This document shows, one piece after another, positions 18,047-29,224 of a stretch of 64,000 nucleotides of DNA (positions are counted from its first letter, which is position 1; every line of letters begins with the position of its first letter). A program made the position numbers and the translations under genes. The stretch is from Planctomycetota bacterium (GTDB lineage Bacteria > Planctomycetota > GCA-002687715 > CAIWVZ01), in the NCBI GenBank assembly GCA_044222185.1, contig JBGANV010000003.1, forward strand, positions 576,001 through 640,000. Direction: 5' to 3'. The notes under the pieces are model-generated. The model did not search any database and had not been told where the DNA came from. It saw nothing but the letters and a program-made list of their open reading frames with translations.

Positions 18047-18358
18047 TCACTTCTTGGCCGGAGCGGCCTTCTTGTCGGCAGCCGGTGCCGCAGCCTTCGC
18101 TGCCGGGGCCGCTGCGCCCTTCGCGGCGGCCGCACCTGCAGCCGCCGGTGCCGCTGCCGCGCCTTCCTCGGCCTTCTTCTCCTTGACCTTCACCCGCTTC
18201 ATCGTCTTCTCGACGCGGGTCTTCGGGAGGCCGAGAACGCTGCCATCGCTGCGCAGGCGCCCTTCGCGCTTGAGGATCTCGAGACGCTCCGTCCGGGTGT
18301 AGACGTTGCGGGACCGGGACATCGCCAGCTTGGAAACGAGGCTCTTGTCGACGCTCAT
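18047..18358 (-). CDS. PVC-superphylum 'small basic protein' (signature protein) with Ala/Lys-rich tail
   Basis: MSVDKSL....RSRNVYTRTERLEILKREG....SVLGLPK matches the Planctomycetes/Verrucomicrobia/Chlamydiae signature protein as I recall it; tail is AAAKGAAAPAAK. Confidence 0.88.
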   Translation of the reverse strand: MSVDKSLVSKLAMSRSRNVYTRTERLEILKREGRLRSDGSVLGLPKTRVEKTMKRVKVKEKKAEEGAAAAPAAAGAAAAKGAAAPAAKAAAPAADKKAAPAKK

Positions 18359-18384
18359 GTCAATCAGCTCCAGGCGTGCCGCCG

Positions 18385-18984
18385 TCAGCGTTTCTCGGGC
18401 TTCGTGGGGTACGCGCTCTTGAAGGGTTTCGAATTGCGCGGGTACTCGACCTTGACCAGCTTCTCCCGAAGCGGTTCCAGGTCCTTGCGGTTCCGCGCGG
18501 CCCCGACGTACACGCACCACTTCCCTGCGACCTCGTTCGGCTTTCGGTCCTCTTTCAGAACCTTCACGGCGAACGGGTCACGGAAATCGGGGTCGGGAAG
18601 GCTATCAAGGAAACCGAGGATATCTTCCGCCTGCTCCCGGGCCTTCTTGAGGGATCGTTCGTTGGTGAACGCGAAGCTGCACGCGAGGAGCGCGTAATCG
18701 CCGTTGTTGGCCGCGGGCTCCTGCTGCGCTCCGCCGTCCGCGCCGACGGCGTTGGTCTGAAGAAGAGGGGCCGAGCCGCCGTCGTTCTTCTGGCCCCGTC
18801 CGGAGAATTTCCAGTACATCGCCCCGGCGAAGATCACGCCGACGACGAGGATCACCGCCACGAGACCGGCGGCGTTGTCGCGGATGGACGACAGCCCGTC
18901 CAACGGACGGGCCGCGGAACGGCGCGCGGCCGAGCCGCGCTCACCGAGCACTTCGAAGAGAATCGGACGTCGGTTGGTGGTCAT
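18385..18984 (-). CDS. membrane-anchored protein with SPOR-like C-terminal domain
   Basis: Single TM helix (AGLVAVILVVGVIFAGAMYW); C-terminal YALLACSF...A...WCVYVG...FKSAY pattern. Confidence 0.5.
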   Translation of the reverse strand: MTTNRRPILFEVLGERGSAARRSAARPLDGLSSIRDNAAGLVAVILVVGVIFAGAMYWKFSGRGQKNDGGSAPLLQTNAVGADGGAQQEPAANNGDYALLACSFAFTNERSLKKAREQAEDILGFLDSLPDPDFRDPFAVKVLKEDRKPNEVAGKWCVYVGAARNRKDLEPLREKLVKVEYPRNSKPFKSAYPTKPEKR

Positions 18985-19204
18985 GGGGGCAGTTCCCTCC
19001 CCGAGGAACGGCCGGCTTCCTCGCTCGTGAACCGACCGGCCGGGCACCCGCCCACACCGACCTGCGCACCCGCTGAGGAGCGTGCACGTTATCTCGGGTC
19101 TCCCGGAGGCGTCAACGGGCACCCGTGCGCGCGCGCGATCTCCTGGGAATGTCGGCCGTTTGGCGACGCCGGATGCAGAAAACGGCGGGACGGCCCGCGC
19201 CAGG

Positions 19205-20188
19205 TCAGCCCGATCGGGCCCGTTTCCGCAACATGGTGAGCGCCAGGTCGAGCGCGGCCACCATGGATCGGGGGTCGGCGACGCCTCGTCCGGCGATGTC
19301 GAACGCGGTCCCGTGATCGACGGAGGTCCGCACGATCGGCAGGCCGAGGGTGACGTTCACGGCGTCGTGGAACGCGAGGAGCTTGACCGGGATCAACCCC
19401 TGATCGTGGTGCATCGCCACGATGACGTCGCTTCGACCTTGGAAACCGGAACGGAAATACGAGTCAGCCGGGAACGGGCCCTCGATCGCAGTGCCCTCGC
19501 CGGCGAGCTTCCGGATCACGGGGATCAGGACATCGACCTCCTCCCGGCCGATGTGCCCGTCCTCCCCTGCATGCGGGTTGACGCCGAGGACGTGGATGCG
19601 GGGTCGTCGCAGGCCGAACCAGCGTTCGAGATCGCTCGCGACGACGCGGATCGTCGCCGCCAGCGACTCCTCGCAGATCAGGGTCGCGACGTCCTTCAGC
19701 GGCGTGTGGACCGTCGCGAGGGCGACCCGGAAATCCGGAGCCACGAAGAGCATGACCGGGTCCGCGACTCCGCACGCCCGGGCCACGTACCCCGTGTGGC
19801 CGTCGAACGCGACGCCGGAGGCGACCACGGCAGCCTTGCTGACGGGCGCCGTCACGAGAGCACGTTGCATCGGGTTCGCGCGGACGCGGGACAGCGCTCC
19901 ATCGATCGCCGCGAGCGCCGCGGCACCCCCGTAGGCCGACGGTGGCGGACCTGGCGTGAGTCGCGGCGTGGCCGTCGGAAGCACCCAGAGGCCGGGAGCG
20001 GCCGTCGCGGGATCAGCCGCGACGACTGGCAGCGCCGCCAGTGCTGGATCGGCGGGATCGCCGCAAAGGACGCACGCGACCTTCGGATCGCGCGCCACGA
20101 GATGGCGCGCCGCGGCGATGCTGACCTCCGGGCCGATGCCTTGCGGGTCCCCCGTCGACACGACCAGTTCGAGGACCACCGACGTCAA
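19205..20188 (-). CDS. pdxA: 4-hydroxythreonine-4-phosphate dehydrogenase
   Basis: GDPQGIGPE, TAPVSK, GHT, NPHAGE, GPFPAD, MHHDQG and RTSVDHGTAFDIAG. Probable TTG start overlapping the upstream stop. Confidence 0.95.
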   Translation of the reverse strand: MTSVVLELVVSTGDPQGIGPEVSIAAARHLVARDPKVACVLCGDPADPALAALPVVAADPATAAPGLWVLPTATPRLTPGPPPSAYGGAAALAAIDGALSRVRANPMQRALVTAPVSKAAVVASGVAFDGHTGYVARACGVADPVMLFVAPDFRVALATVHTPLKDVATLICEESLAATIRVVASDLERWFGLRRPRIHVLGVNPHAGEDGHIGREEVDVLIPVIRKLAGEGTAIEGPFPADSYFRSGFQGRSDVIVAMHHDQGLIPVKLLAFHDAVNVTLGLPIVRTSVDHGTAFDIAGRGVADPRSMVAALDLALTMLRKRARSG

Positions 20189-22908
20189 CGCGTCTCTCCC
20201 CGCCACAGTCGCTTCAGGACGACGTCGAGCACGAACAACGCGGGCAGTGCCACGAGCCATCCGAATCCCACGGGCTCACGGGTCTCCCGGGTCTCGCGAG
20301 CCACGTCGAACGTGTCGGGAGTGACCGGGACGAACGTGCCGCCGATCCTCGCCGCGAGGGTCTTCAGGCCGTCCAGCCGCAGCCCTCGCTCGGCGATCTC
20401 CGGCGCGGGCGCGACCGCGGCGCCGCCGGCGCCGTCGCCCGGCTCGCCGCGGACGCTCACCCGAGCCTCGAGCCATGCGATGGGTTCCTGTGGCGGGAGC
20501 GCCACCTGGATGCGGCCGGGAGAGAGAGTCTCGATCGGCATGGTGAGCACGCGCCCGCGCTGGTCACGAAGCTCGTAGTCGAGCGCAGGCCACACCGCGC
20601 CGTTGGACTCCACGTCGGTCACCTCGACGGTCACGAGCCGCCCGTGAGCCGTCGCGGTCACGAGCAAGCGCTGTGGACGCCTGGAAGGCATGAGGAACCG
20701 CGCGATCTGGCCCACCAGATTCGCGTAGTCGTCCCACTGCAGGAACGGCCCGGAGGCCACTCCTTCGAACGGCACCGTCGTAGCGACGATGCGGCCAAAG
20801 CCCAGGTAGGTGTGCACGACGAGGGGGTCGCCACCGTCGGTCGCGAGCGAAATCCACGCGGACGGCGTCGCGTCCGCACGCTGCCAATCGAGCACGCCCT
20901 GACAGTTCTCGGGGTGGACACCCTTCAGATAGGCAGCAGGCCATCGGGCCATGACGGGCGTCGTCTTGCGCGGCGCCTCTTCCGCCGGGTCCGGCTTGTG
21001 CGGCGGATCCTTCGTCTGCGGATTGGGCGGCTGCGGCCCCGGCTTCTCGTCCTTGGTCGTGTCGTCGCGAACCTCGATGCGGCGACGCGCACCGTACTGA
21101 GTCACCACGCGCTCCGCTTCCACGGTGATCACCTGTGGAATCTCCTCGGCCGAATAGGCCGGCTGGTACTTCCCCCGCCCGCGCGCCGCGAGTTCGGAGA
21201 GGACGTCGAAGCGGGCTTCGGTGCCGATCCCGACGGTGGAGAGCGTCACTCCCTCCCGCACGAGTGCATCCACGCGATCGAAGAGTTTCCCCGGACGGCT
21301 CTCACCGTCCGAAAGCAGCACGCAGTGTTTGATCTTGAGCTTCATCGCTCCGAAGATCCCGCGCGCCTCGTCGAGCGCTGGGCCGAAGTCGGTGCCGCCG
21401 CCAGCCTGGATGCGACCGATGCGGTCGACGACCTCGGCACGATCGCCTGCCGGGCACATGGGCAGGACTTCGATCGGCGTGTCGTTGAAGGCCACGACGC
21501 CGATCTTGTCCTCGGGGTGGAGGACTTCCGCTGCCGCGACGGCCGCCTGCTTGGCGAGGCGCAGCTTCTGGCCCTTCATGCTCCCACTGCAGTCGATGAG
21601 GAGCAGCAGCCCCAGCGTCGGCGCTTCACGCTTCTCCGTCTTCTTCTTGTCCGGCTCGGGCGGCTTCACGCCTTCGCCATCCGGCGGCAGTTGCGGCGGA
21701 GGCTCCTCCGGTTTCTCGGGCGCCAGCGGCCTGCCGATCAGCGGGAGGAGCCCGAGAAACGCACGCCCCTCGGCAGCGACGAGTTCGCCGCGGCGCTCGC
21801 TCGGCAGGTACATGAGCCCGCCGCCGCGCTGCACGAAGTTCGAGATGCGGGACATGACGGCGGCGGACGAGAGATCGTCGACCGGAACGCGATCGACGAC
21901 CAGCACGCCTGCACGATCCACGATCTCCGGGTGCGTGATCAATTCACTGGACCTGACGACCTCGACCGGAAGTTCCTGCGCATGAAGCGCGGAGGCGAGC
22001 AACGACCGGCCATCCGGCGCGGCGACGACGATGCCCGGCCTCTCTGGCACGTCGACAACGACACCGCCGTGATCGTCCAGCGGCTCGTCGTCGCCCGAGT
22101 CCAGCCACACTCCCACGACGTGCCGCCCTGGCGTGGCCAACGGGAGCGGTGCCACCAGTTCGAACTCCCCCGCGGAGACGTTCACGGGGAGCGCTCGCGC
22201 CTCGATCCCGTCGACGATCACGTGCAGCGTGCCGGCCGACGTCTCGCTCGACGCACCGCGGACGACGATCGACCAGGCATCCGACTCGCCGCCCTCGGAC
22301 TTCGCGAGGGTTTCGAGGACCCTCGCGTTCCGACCGCCGTTCGCTTCCATCGACAGGACGACGGGTTTCGCGTGCGGCCAGAAGTCCAGGCCCTCCGCCG
22401 GATCGACGACCGCCCCATCCGTGAAGACGACGATGCGGTCACGTGCCGAGCGGGCGCCGAGCACGCGCGCGAGATCGAGCGCTGGCGAGGGATCGGAGGA
22501 CAGGTCACCACCGCGTCCGGAAGGGCGCGACGCGGGCGCGTCCGGATGCCAGTCCGCGACGATCCGCGCTCGCTCCCCGAACGCGATCACGCGAGCCGGT
22601 GAGCCCGCGGCGCGGGCCCATGACTCGACGCGGTCGAGCGCCGCATCGCGAGCTCGATCCGGGACGCTGCGGGACCAATCGACGACCGCCAGGATCCCGC
22701 CCGTCAGCGTCTCCCGCTTGGAATGGACGGGCTCCGCAAGTGCGACGACGATGAGCGAGAGCATCGCGCTCCGCACGATCAATGAGGCGATGCTTGCGGG
22801 CCAGGGCCTTCGCCGCGCACGTAACGCGAGCGCCGCGCCGAGGATCACGGGGATCGCCGCGATCCACCACAATCGCTCCGGTCGCGCGAACTCGATCCCC
22901 AGGATCAC
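20185..22908 (-). CDS. membrane VWA-domain protein (BatA-like N-terminus, VWA/MIDAS, GATase-like domain)
   Basis: N-terminal F.RP..LW TM hairpin, DWSRS and DCSGSM MIDAS motifs, LLSDG, C-terminal TM helix. Confidence 0.8.
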   Translation of the reverse strand: MILGIEFARPERLWWIAAIPVILGAALALRARRRPWPASIASLIVRSAMLSLIVVALAEPVHSKRETLTGGILAVVDWSRSVPDRARDAALDRVESWARAAGSPARVIAFGERARIVADWHPDAPASRPSGRGGDLSSDPSPALDLARVLGARSARDRIVVFTDGAVVDPAEGLDFWPHAKPVVLSMEANGGRNARVLETLAKSEGGESDAWSIVVRGASSETSAGTLHVIVDGIEARALPVNVSAGEFELVAPLPLATPGRHVVGVWLDSGDDEPLDDHGGVVVDVPERPGIVVAAPDGRSLLASALHAQELPVEVVRSSELITHPEIVDRAGVLVVDRVPVDDLSSAAVMSRISNFVQRGGGLMYLPSERRGELVAAEGRAFLGLLPLIGRPLAPEKPEEPPPQLPPDGEGVKPPEPDKKKTEKREAPTLGLLLLIDCSGSMKGQKLRLAKQAAVAAAEVLHPEDKIGVVAFNDTPIEVLPMCPAGDRAEVVDRIGRIQAGGGTDFGPALDEARGIFGAMKLKIKHCVLLSDGESRPGKLFDRVDALVREGVTLSTVGIGTEARFDVLSELAARGRGKYQPAYSAEEIPQVITVEAERVVTQYGARRRIEVRDDTTKDEKPGPQPPNPQTKDPPHKPDPAEEAPRKTTPVMARWPAAYLKGVHPENCQGVLDWQRADATPSAWISLATDGGDPLVVHTYLGFGRIVATTVPFEGVASGPFLQWDDYANLVGQIARFLMPSRRPQRLLVTATAHGRLVTVEVTDVESNGAVWPALDYELRDQRGRVLTMPIETLSPGRIQVALPPQEPIAWLEARVSVRGEPGDGAGGAAVAPAPEIAERGLRLDGLKTLAARIGGTFVPVTPDTFDVARETRETREPVGFGWLVALPALFVLDVVLKRLWRGETR

Positions 22909-24101
22909 TTCAAGACCATCGCACCGCCGACCACGGCGCGGGCGCCGGCGTCGAACGAGTCGCCGAAATCGGCGACGATCGCCAACTCCTTCGCACCTTG
23001 CAGACCATCGAGGTCGACCAGGACCGGATCCTGCCCCGCGCGCAGAACCTCGCTGGCGAAGCGTGGCTTGCCGTCCACGAGCACGGAGATCCGCACCGAG
23101 CCGGGCAGTTCGCGCGCCGTCGTCGCCGGATCCACCCCCACGCGCGCCGAGAAGCGCGTCATCGCGGGCGGCACGGCGTACGTGACCTTCGTCTTCGCAA
23201 AGAGCAGCAGCCCCTTCATGAACGTCTGGCGGCCGATGCGCAGAGGGTCGCCGGGCATGAGCCCGCCGTCGCGGCGCATCCCGTGTCGCGCCGACCCGGG
23301 CAGCAATGGCGTCTCCTCGATGGAGGCGGGTTCCAGGTCGGAGAGGTAGCGGAAGCCATCTCCCGCGAACGTGATCGTCTTCACCGCGGCCCAGTCGAGG
23401 CCGATCTCCTGGCCGAGGGTCATCTTGAGCTTCACTCGAGCGGCGTCGCCTCCGCGAATGACGCCCGTGATCCTCCCCGAGTCACGCAGCGCCACCGTCG
23501 CGGTGGTCCCCGCGGCCGCCTTCGGAGCCCCCGTCCTCGGGAGGCGAAGCCCGACGATCCGGTCGCGACCGAAGTCGAATCGCCGGTTGTCGCCGGCCGC
23601 GCTCGAGAACACCACGTCGTTCGCACCGATCCGCTCCAGAGTTCCCGGGATCGAATCGATCCAGCCCTGGCGGTCGACGTACAGCGTCTCCTTCTCGGTC
23701 TTGATGGCGGGCGGTTCGGCCCCGCCCTTCACGAAGTCCACGTTCCAGATCGCCACGAGGTCGTCCAGCGAGAACGTGGCCTCGCCGTAGGCCGAGCTGC
23801 GCAGGCGAACGTCGTCGGCCGTTCCCCCCGTGCACGTGCCGATGATCCGGTCGCCCGAGCGCGTCTCGAGTCGCAGGCTGCCCGGCGGCGGCGGGGCGTC
23901 GGCGCCTGAGCCTTCGAGGGAGACGATCTGGTCGAGAGGAATCCGGGCCGGCCCCGCTGCGGCGTTCCAGCTCAGGCGGCCATCGGAGATGCCCGCCGGG
24001 GTTCCATGGGCAACCATGCGATCCGACGTCGTCAGGGTGAACTGGCCGAGACATTGGACGGTGAGGAGCACCCCGACGAGGATCCAAGCGCGCGTGTGCA
24101 T
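22905..24101 (-). CDS. secreted NPCBM/NEW2-domain protein
   Basis: Signal peptide; C-terminal YLSDL..., FSARVGVD, GSVRISVLVDGK and GAKELAIVADFG pattern typical of NPCBM. Confidence 0.8.
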   Translation of the reverse strand: MHTRAWILVGVLLTVQCLGQFTLTTSDRMVAHGTPAGISDGRLSWNAAAGPARIPLDQIVSLEGSGADAPPPPGSLRLETRSGDRIIGTCTGGTADDVRLRSSAYGEATFSLDDLVAIWNVDFVKGGAEPPAIKTEKETLYVDRQGWIDSIPGTLERIGANDVVFSSAAGDNRRFDFGRDRIVGLRLPRTGAPKAAAGTTATVALRDSGRITGVIRGGDAARVKLKMTLGQEIGLDWAAVKTITFAGDGFRYLSDLEPASIEETPLLPGSARHGMRRDGGLMPGDPLRIGRQTFMKGLLLFAKTKVTYAVPPAMTRFSARVGVDPATTARELPGSVRISVLVDGKPRFASEVLRAGQDPVLVDLDGLQGAKELAIVADFGDSFDAGARAVVGGAMVLK

Positions 24102-24168
24102 CAGTTCATCCCATTGCGGCCCGCGGGTACCGGAAGGGCCCCCATATAACAGCGACGGAGTCCACCGC

Positions 24169-24224
24169 CTGCCATCCTGTCAGCGGCCAGGGCGAACCTC
24201 GCGGGCCTCCTGCCAACGTGGCAG
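24169..24224. promoter_or_regulatory. twin palindromic sites CTGCCA-N3-TG(T/G)CAG upstream of the chaperone operon
   Basis: CTGCCA-tcc-TGTCAG at 24169-24183 and CTGCCA-acg-TGGCAG at 24210-24224, 41 bp apart. Confidence 0.55.
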
Positions 24225-24311
24225 CAGCCCTCGGTCCGGCGGGGCAACCTGCCCGCCCGCAACCCGCGATGATTCGGCCCCCTCCCCGATCGCCGGCCAA
24301 ACGCCTCCAAC

Positions 24312-24327
24312 TGGTCCCTGAATTGCT
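24312..24327 (+). promoter_or_regulatory. candidate sigma54 (-24/-12) promoter of the groEL operon
   Basis: TGGTCCCTGAATTGCT gives GG(24313-14)-N10-GC(24325-26) with a TTGC -12 box, about 100 bp before the groEL ATG. Confidence 0.55.
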
Positions 24328-24425
24328 TGGGACGCGCGTCGGTCGCGCCGTCGCCGTGCCTTGGCGGGCGACGACCATCCAAGTCACAGCCTCGTTTGAC
24401 GCGAGGATCCGGAGAGAAACGAACC

Positions 24426-26063
24426 ATGGCCAAACAGCTCTGCTTCGACGCCGACGCGCGAGAAGCGCTCAAGAACGGCGTTCAGAAACTGGCGCGAGCC
24501 GTCAAGAGCACCCTCGGCCCCCGCGGGCGGTGCGCCGTCATCGACAAGGGTTACGGGGGTCCGACGATCACGAAGGACGGCTACACCGTCGCCGACGAGA
24601 TCGACCTCAAGGACAAGTACGAGAACCTGGGCGCCCAGCTCCTCAAGGAAGCGGCCAGCAAGACGAACGACGTCGCCGGTGACGGCACGACGACCGCAAC
24701 CGTGCTCGGCGAGGCCATCTACGTGGCCGGCCACAAGCACCTGACGGCCGGTGCCAACGCCGTCCAGCTCATCCGCGGGATCCGCGAGGCCACGGATGCG
24801 GTCCTCGCCAACCTCGCCAAGAAGGCCCAGAAGGTCACGCTGACCGACCAGGCCCGCATCCAGCAGATCGCCGCCATCGCCGCCAACGGTGACAAGGAGA
24901 TCGGCGACACGCTCTTCAAGGCCTTCAAGGACGTCGGGCAGAACGGCGTCATCAACATCGAAGAAGGCAAGAGCATGGAGACGGAGGTCAAGGTCGTCGA
25001 CGGCATGCAGTTCGACCGCGGCTACCTCTCGCCCCATTTCGCGACCGACCAGAAGACGCTCGAGGCGGAGCTGAAGGACTGCCTGATCCTCATCCACGAG
25101 GACAAGATCTCGAACATCAAGAAGCTCATCCCCCTCCTCGAGGCGGTGAGCAAGTCCAACCGCCCGCTCCTCATCATCGCCGAGGACGTGGAAGGCGAAG
25201 CGCTCGCGACGCTCGTCGTCAACAAGCTCCGCGGCATCGTCAACTGCTGCGCGGTGAAGGCGCCGGGATACGGTGACCGCCGCAAGGCCATGCTCGAGGA
25301 CCTGGGGATCCTCACGGGCGCCGACCCGGTCTTCAAAGACCTCGGCACGGACCTGGAGAAGGTCGGCATCAAGCAGCTCGGCCGCGCGAAGCGCGTGGTC
25401 GTGACGTCCGAGACGACCACGATCGTCGAGGGCGCCGGTTCACCACAGAAGCTCAAGGCGCGCGTCGCCCAGATCCAGAAGGAGATGGAGACGACCGACA
25501 GCAACTACGACAAGGAGAAGCTGCAGGAGCGTCTCGCGAAGCTCTCGGGCGGCGTGGCGCAGATCAACGTCGGCGCGGCCACCGAGACCGAGATGAAGGA
25601 GAAGAAGGCTCGCATCAAGGATGCCCACAGCGCCGTGAAGGCCGCCCTCGAAGAAGGCATCGTGCCCGGCGGGGGCGTGGCTCTCGCCCGCATCGCCGAG
25701 ACGATCAAGGCCCAGGCGAGCGAAGAGACGGACGTGGGCCTCGGCTACGCCGTCGTGCGTCACGCGCTCTCGGCACCGCTCCGCCAGATCGCGGACAACG
25801 CCGGCGGGCAGGGCACCGTCGTCCTCAAGCGCATCCTCGAGGACTCCAAGTTCAGCATGGGGTTCAACGCGGACACCGGCGAAACCGTCGACATGGTCGA
25901 AGCCGGCATCATCGACCCGCTCAAGGTCACTCGTTCGGCCCTGCAGAACGCCGCGTCGGTCGCGGCCCTGCTCCTCTCGACGAACTGCCTCGTCACGGAA
26001 GCGCCCAAGAAGAAGGGCGACGATGACGGCGAGGGCGGCGGCGAAGAGATGGACGAGATGTGA
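24426..26063 (+). CDS. groL: chaperonin GroEL (paralog 1)
   Basis: [39 protein letters not shown] and GIVPGGG. Confidence 0.97.
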   Translation: MAKQLCFDADAREALKNGVQKLARAVKSTLGPRGRCAVIDKGYGGPTITKDGYTVADEIDLKDKYENLGAQLLKEAASKTNDVAGDGTTTATVLGEAIYVAGHKHLTAGANAVQLIRGIREATDAVLANLAKKAQKVTLTDQARIQQIAAIAANGDKEIGDTLFKAFKDVGQNGVINIEEGKSMETEVKVVDGMQFDRGYLSPHFATDQKTLEAELKDCLILIHEDKISNIKKLIPLLEAVSKSNRPLLIIAEDVEGEALATLVVNKLRGIVNCCAVKAPGYGDRRKAMLEDLGILTGADPVFKDLGTDLEKVGIKQLGRAKRVVVTSETTTIVEGAGSPQKLKARVAQIQKEMETTDSNYDKEKLQERLAKLSGGVAQINVGAATETEMKEKKARIKDAHSAVKAALEEGIVPGGGVALARIAETIKAQASEETDVGLGYAVVRHALSAPLRQIADNAGGQGTVVLKRILEDSKFSMGFNADTGETVDMVEAGIIDPLKVTRSALQNAASVAALLLSTNCLVTEAPKKKGDDDGEGGGEEMDEM

Positions 26064-26101
26064 AACAGGCCCGACCAGACAAATTCCACGGAGACACGAA
26101 C

Positions 26102-26395
26102 ATGGCACTGAAGATCCGTCCCCTCGATGACCGCATCATCGTCGAAGGCCTCGCCGCGGAGGAGAAGACCGCCGGAGGCATCGTCCTGCCGGAGGCCGCC
26201 AAGGAAAAACCCCAGCAGGGCAAGGTGATCGCCGTCGGCCCGGGCAAGGTCGGCAAGGACGGTGAGCGCATCCCGCTCAACGTGAAGAAGGGCGACACCA
26301 TCGTCTACGGCAAGTACTCGGGCACCGACATCAAGGTCGAGGGCACGGAGTACAAGATCATGCGCGAGAGCGAAGTTCTCGCGAAGTGGGCGTGA
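26102..26395 (+). CDS. groS: co-chaperonin GroES
   Basis: [24 protein letters not shown] and YGKYSGT. Confidence 0.97.
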   Translation: MALKIRPLDDRIIVEGLAAEEKTAGGIVLPEAAKEKPQQGKVIAVGPGKVGKDGERIPLNVKKGDTIVYGKYSGTDIKVEGTEYKIMRESEVLAKWA

Positions 26396-26411
26396 GGGAG
26401 ACTGAACCAAC

Positions 26412-28031
26412 ATGGCGAAACAACTGATGTTCGATGACGAGACGCGCCGGAAGATCTCCGACGGCGTTTCGAAACTCGCCCGCGCGGTGAAAGTCACGCT
26501 CGGCCCCAGCGGTCGGAACGTGATCTTCCAGAAGTCCATGAGCGGGCCGACCGTCACGAAGGACGGCGTGACCGTGTCGAAGGAAGTGGAGCTCTCCGAC
26601 CCCTTCGAGAACATGGGCGCCAAGCTCGTGAACGAAGTGGCGAGCAAGATGGGCGACAAGGCGGGCGACGGCACGACGACGGCCATCGTCCTCGCGGAGT
26701 CCATCTACTCCGCGGGACTCCGCTACGTCACGTCCGGGGTCTCTCCGACCGCGTTGAAGCGCGGCCTCGAGAAGAGCGTCGAAGCCGTGAGTGAGACGCT
26801 GAAGGGTCTCGCCAAGCCCGTGAAGGGTCTGGACGACCTCGTCAAAGTCGCCACGATCTCGGCCAACAACGACCCGACCATCGGCGCGCAGATCGCGAAG
26901 GCGCTCGAAGAAGTCGGCAAGGACGGCGTGGTCACCATCGAGGAGGCCAAGAGCATCGACACGACGTACGAAGTCGTGAAGGGCATGTCCTTCGACAAGG
27001 GCTACATCTCGCCTTACTTCATCACGAACACGGCGAAGATGACGGCCGAGCTCGAGAGCGCACTCATCCTCATCTACGAGAAGAAGATCTCGAACGTCCG
27101 TGACCTCGTTCCCCTGCTCGAGCGCGTCGCCCAGAAGGCGGAGCCGCTCGTGATCATCGCGGAAGAGGTCGACGGCGAAGCGCTCTCGGCGCTCGTCATC
27201 AACAAGCTGCGCGGCGTGTTGAACGTCGTCGCGGTGAAGGCGCCGGGATTCGGCGACCGCCGAAAGGCGATGCTCGAGGATCTGGCCGTCCTCACCGGCG
27301 GAACGTTCATCGCCGAGGAGACGGGTCGCACGCTCGAGTCCGTCACGCTGGCCGACCTGGGCCGCGCGAAGAAGGTCATCGTCAAGAAGGACGAGACCCT
27401 CGTCATCGACGGCGAAGGCAAGCCGAAGTCGATCCAGGAGCGCATCGACCAGGTTCGCTCCAAGCTCGCCGTGACGACGAGCGACTACGACCGGGAGAAG
27501 CTCCAGGAACGCCTGGCGAAGCTCACGGGCGGAGTGGCCGTCATCCGCGTCGGCGCCGCGACCGAGAAGGAAATGCAGGAGCGCAAGTACCGCGTCGAGG
27601 ACGCCATGCACGCCACGCGCGCCGCGCGCGAGGAGGGCATCGTCCCGGGCGGTGGAACGGCCTACCTGCGCTGCGTCGCCGCAGTCGAAGAGGCGCGCAA
27701 GAAGCTGAAGGGTGACGAGCGCTTCGGCGCCGACATCATCCTCACGGCCCTGCGCGCGCCCTGCCGCCAGATCGCGGAGAACGCCGGCTTCGACGGCGAC
27801 GTCATCACCGACGCCGTGCTGAACCAGCCGCAAACGAAGTCCAACTGGGGCTGCGATGCCCGGTCGGGCGAGATCGTGGACCTCGTGAAGGCAGGCATCG
27901 TCGATCCCGTGAAGGTGACGCGCCTCGCTCTCGAGTACTCCGCCTCCGTGTCCGGCCTCATGCTGATGACGAACACGACGATCACCTCGCTCAAGGACGA
28001 TCAGGCCGCCGTGGCCGGCGCCGTGTTCTAG
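26412..28031 (+). CDS. groL: chaperonin GroEL (paralog 2)
   Basis: [35 protein letters not shown] and GIVDPVKV. Confidence 0.97.
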   Translation: MAKQLMFDDETRRKISDGVSKLARAVKVTLGPSGRNVIFQKSMSGPTVTKDGVTVSKEVELSDPFENMGAKLVNEVASKMGDKAGDGTTTAIVLAESIYSAGLRYVTSGVSPTALKRGLEKSVEAVSETLKGLAKPVKGLDDLVKVATISANNDPTIGAQIAKALEEVGKDGVVTIEEAKSIDTTYEVVKGMSFDKGYISPYFITNTAKMTAELESALILIYEKKISNVRDLVPLLERVAQKAEPLVIIAEEVDGEALSALVINKLRGVLNVVAVKAPGFGDRRKAMLEDLAVLTGGTFIAEETGRTLESVTLADLGRAKKVIVKKDETLVIDGEGKPKSIQERIDQVRSKLAVTTSDYDREKLQERLAKLTGGVAVIRVGAATEKEMQERKYRVEDAMHATRAAREEGIVPGGGTAYLRCVAAVEEARKKLKGDERFGADIILTALRAPCRQIAENAGFDGDVITDAVLNQPQTKSNWGCDARSGEIVDLVKAGIVDPVKVTRLALEYSASVSGLMLMTNTTITSLKDDQAAVAGAVF

Positions 28032-28044
28032 GACACCCCGCTCT

Positions 28045-28088
28045 CGACGGAGGTGGCGCAGGCGCGCCCACCTCCGTCGCTTCATTTT
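28045..28088 (+). terminator. 12-bp stem-loop between groEL2 and dnaJ (terminator or mRNA-stabilising hairpin)
   Basis: CGACGGAGGTGG (28045-28056) and CCACCTCCGTCG (28068-28079) are perfect arms, followed by CTTCATTTT. Confidence 0.6.
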
Positions 28089-28112
28089 CGCCTTCATCCG
28101 ATGGCACCGCAG

Positions 28113-29222
28113 ATGTCACAGAAACGCGACTACTACGAAGTGCTCGGCGTGCCGCGCGAGTCGTCCGAGGACGACATCAAGAAGGCGTATCGCAAGATCG
28201 CATTCAAATTCCACCCCGATCGCAACCCGGGTGACAAGGACGCGGAGGCCAAGTTCAAGGAAGCCTCCGAGGCCGCGCAGGTCCTCACCGATCAGCAGAA
28301 GCGAGCCCGCTACGACCAGTTCGGTCACGCCGGCATGGAAGGCGGCGGATTCCAGAGCGGCGGCTTCCGCGACATCAACGACATCTTCGCCGCGTTCTCC
28401 GACATCTTCGGCGGTGGCGGATTCGGCGGCCGCGAGCAGAGCGGCCCCGAGGCCGGCAACAGCCTGCAGATCAAGCTCGAACTCACGCTCGAAGAGGTGC
28501 GCACCGGCGCCAAGCGAGTCGTCACGCTGAAGCGCGGCGAGCTCTGCAACGCGTGCCACGGAACGGGCGCAGCATCCGGCTCCAAACCCGAGACGTGCTC
28601 CATGTGCCGCGGCCACGGCGAGGTCATCCAGTCCCAGGGCTTCTTCAGCATCCGCCGGCCGTGTCCGCAATGCGGCGGCGAGGGCACGCAGATCAAGAAC
28701 CCATGCCGTACGTGCAGTGGGCGTCGCCTCGTGCAGAAGCAGGTCGAAATCACCGTGAACGTGCCCGCCGGCGTCGAGGATGGCACGCAGCTCCGCGTCG
28801 CGAATGAAGGCGAACCGAGCCCCGATGGCGGCCGTCGAGGTCACCTCTACTGCCACATCTCGGTCAAGGATCACAAAGTCTTCACTCGCCGCGGACGCGA
28901 ACTCCTCTGTGAGTGCCGGATCAGCTACACGCAAGCGGCCTTGGGGACGACGATCGACGTCCCGACCCTCGAAGGCACCGTCGAAATGAAGGTGCCCAAG
29001 GGAACGCAACCGAACGACGTGCTCAGGCTGCGCGGCCTGGGACTTCCCGATGTCCATGGACATTCGGCGGGTGACATCCTCGTCCGTCTCCAGGTCGAGA
29101 TCCCGCGCCGGCTCAACGACCGTGAGGAAGCGCTGCTCAAGGAGCTGGCGACCGCGCGGGGCGAGTCGACGCGTGAGAGTCCGAAGGGCATCTTCACCAA
29201 GATCAAGCAGTGGTTCGACTGA
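28113..29222 (+). CDS. dnaJ: molecular chaperone DnaJ
   Basis: [13 protein letters not shown] motif, G/F-rich region and four CxxCxGx(G) zinc repeats. Start at 28101 or 28113. Confidence 0.97.
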   Translation: MSQKRDYYEVLGVPRESSEDDIKKAYRKIAFKFHPDRNPGDKDAEAKFKEASEAAQVLTDQQKRARYDQFGHAGMEGGGFQSGGFRDINDIFAAFSDIFGGGGFGGREQSGPEAGNSLQIKLELTLEEVRTGAKRVVTLKRGELCNACHGTGAASGSKPETCSMCRGHGEVIQSQGFFSIRRPCPQCGGEGTQIKNPCRTCSGRRLVQKQVEITVNVPAGVEDGTQLRVANEGEPSPDGGRRGHLYCHISVKDHKVFTRRGRELLCECRISYTQAALGTTIDVPTLEGTVEMKVPKGTQPNDVLRLRGLGLPDVHGHSAGDILVRLQVEIPRRLNDREEALLKELATARGESTRESPKGIFTKIKQWFD

Positions 29223-29224
29223 CC

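Noticed and set aside
24102-24425. CIRCE/HrcA operator upstream of groEL
   Set aside because: No TTAGCACTC-N9-GAGTGCTAA match seen.
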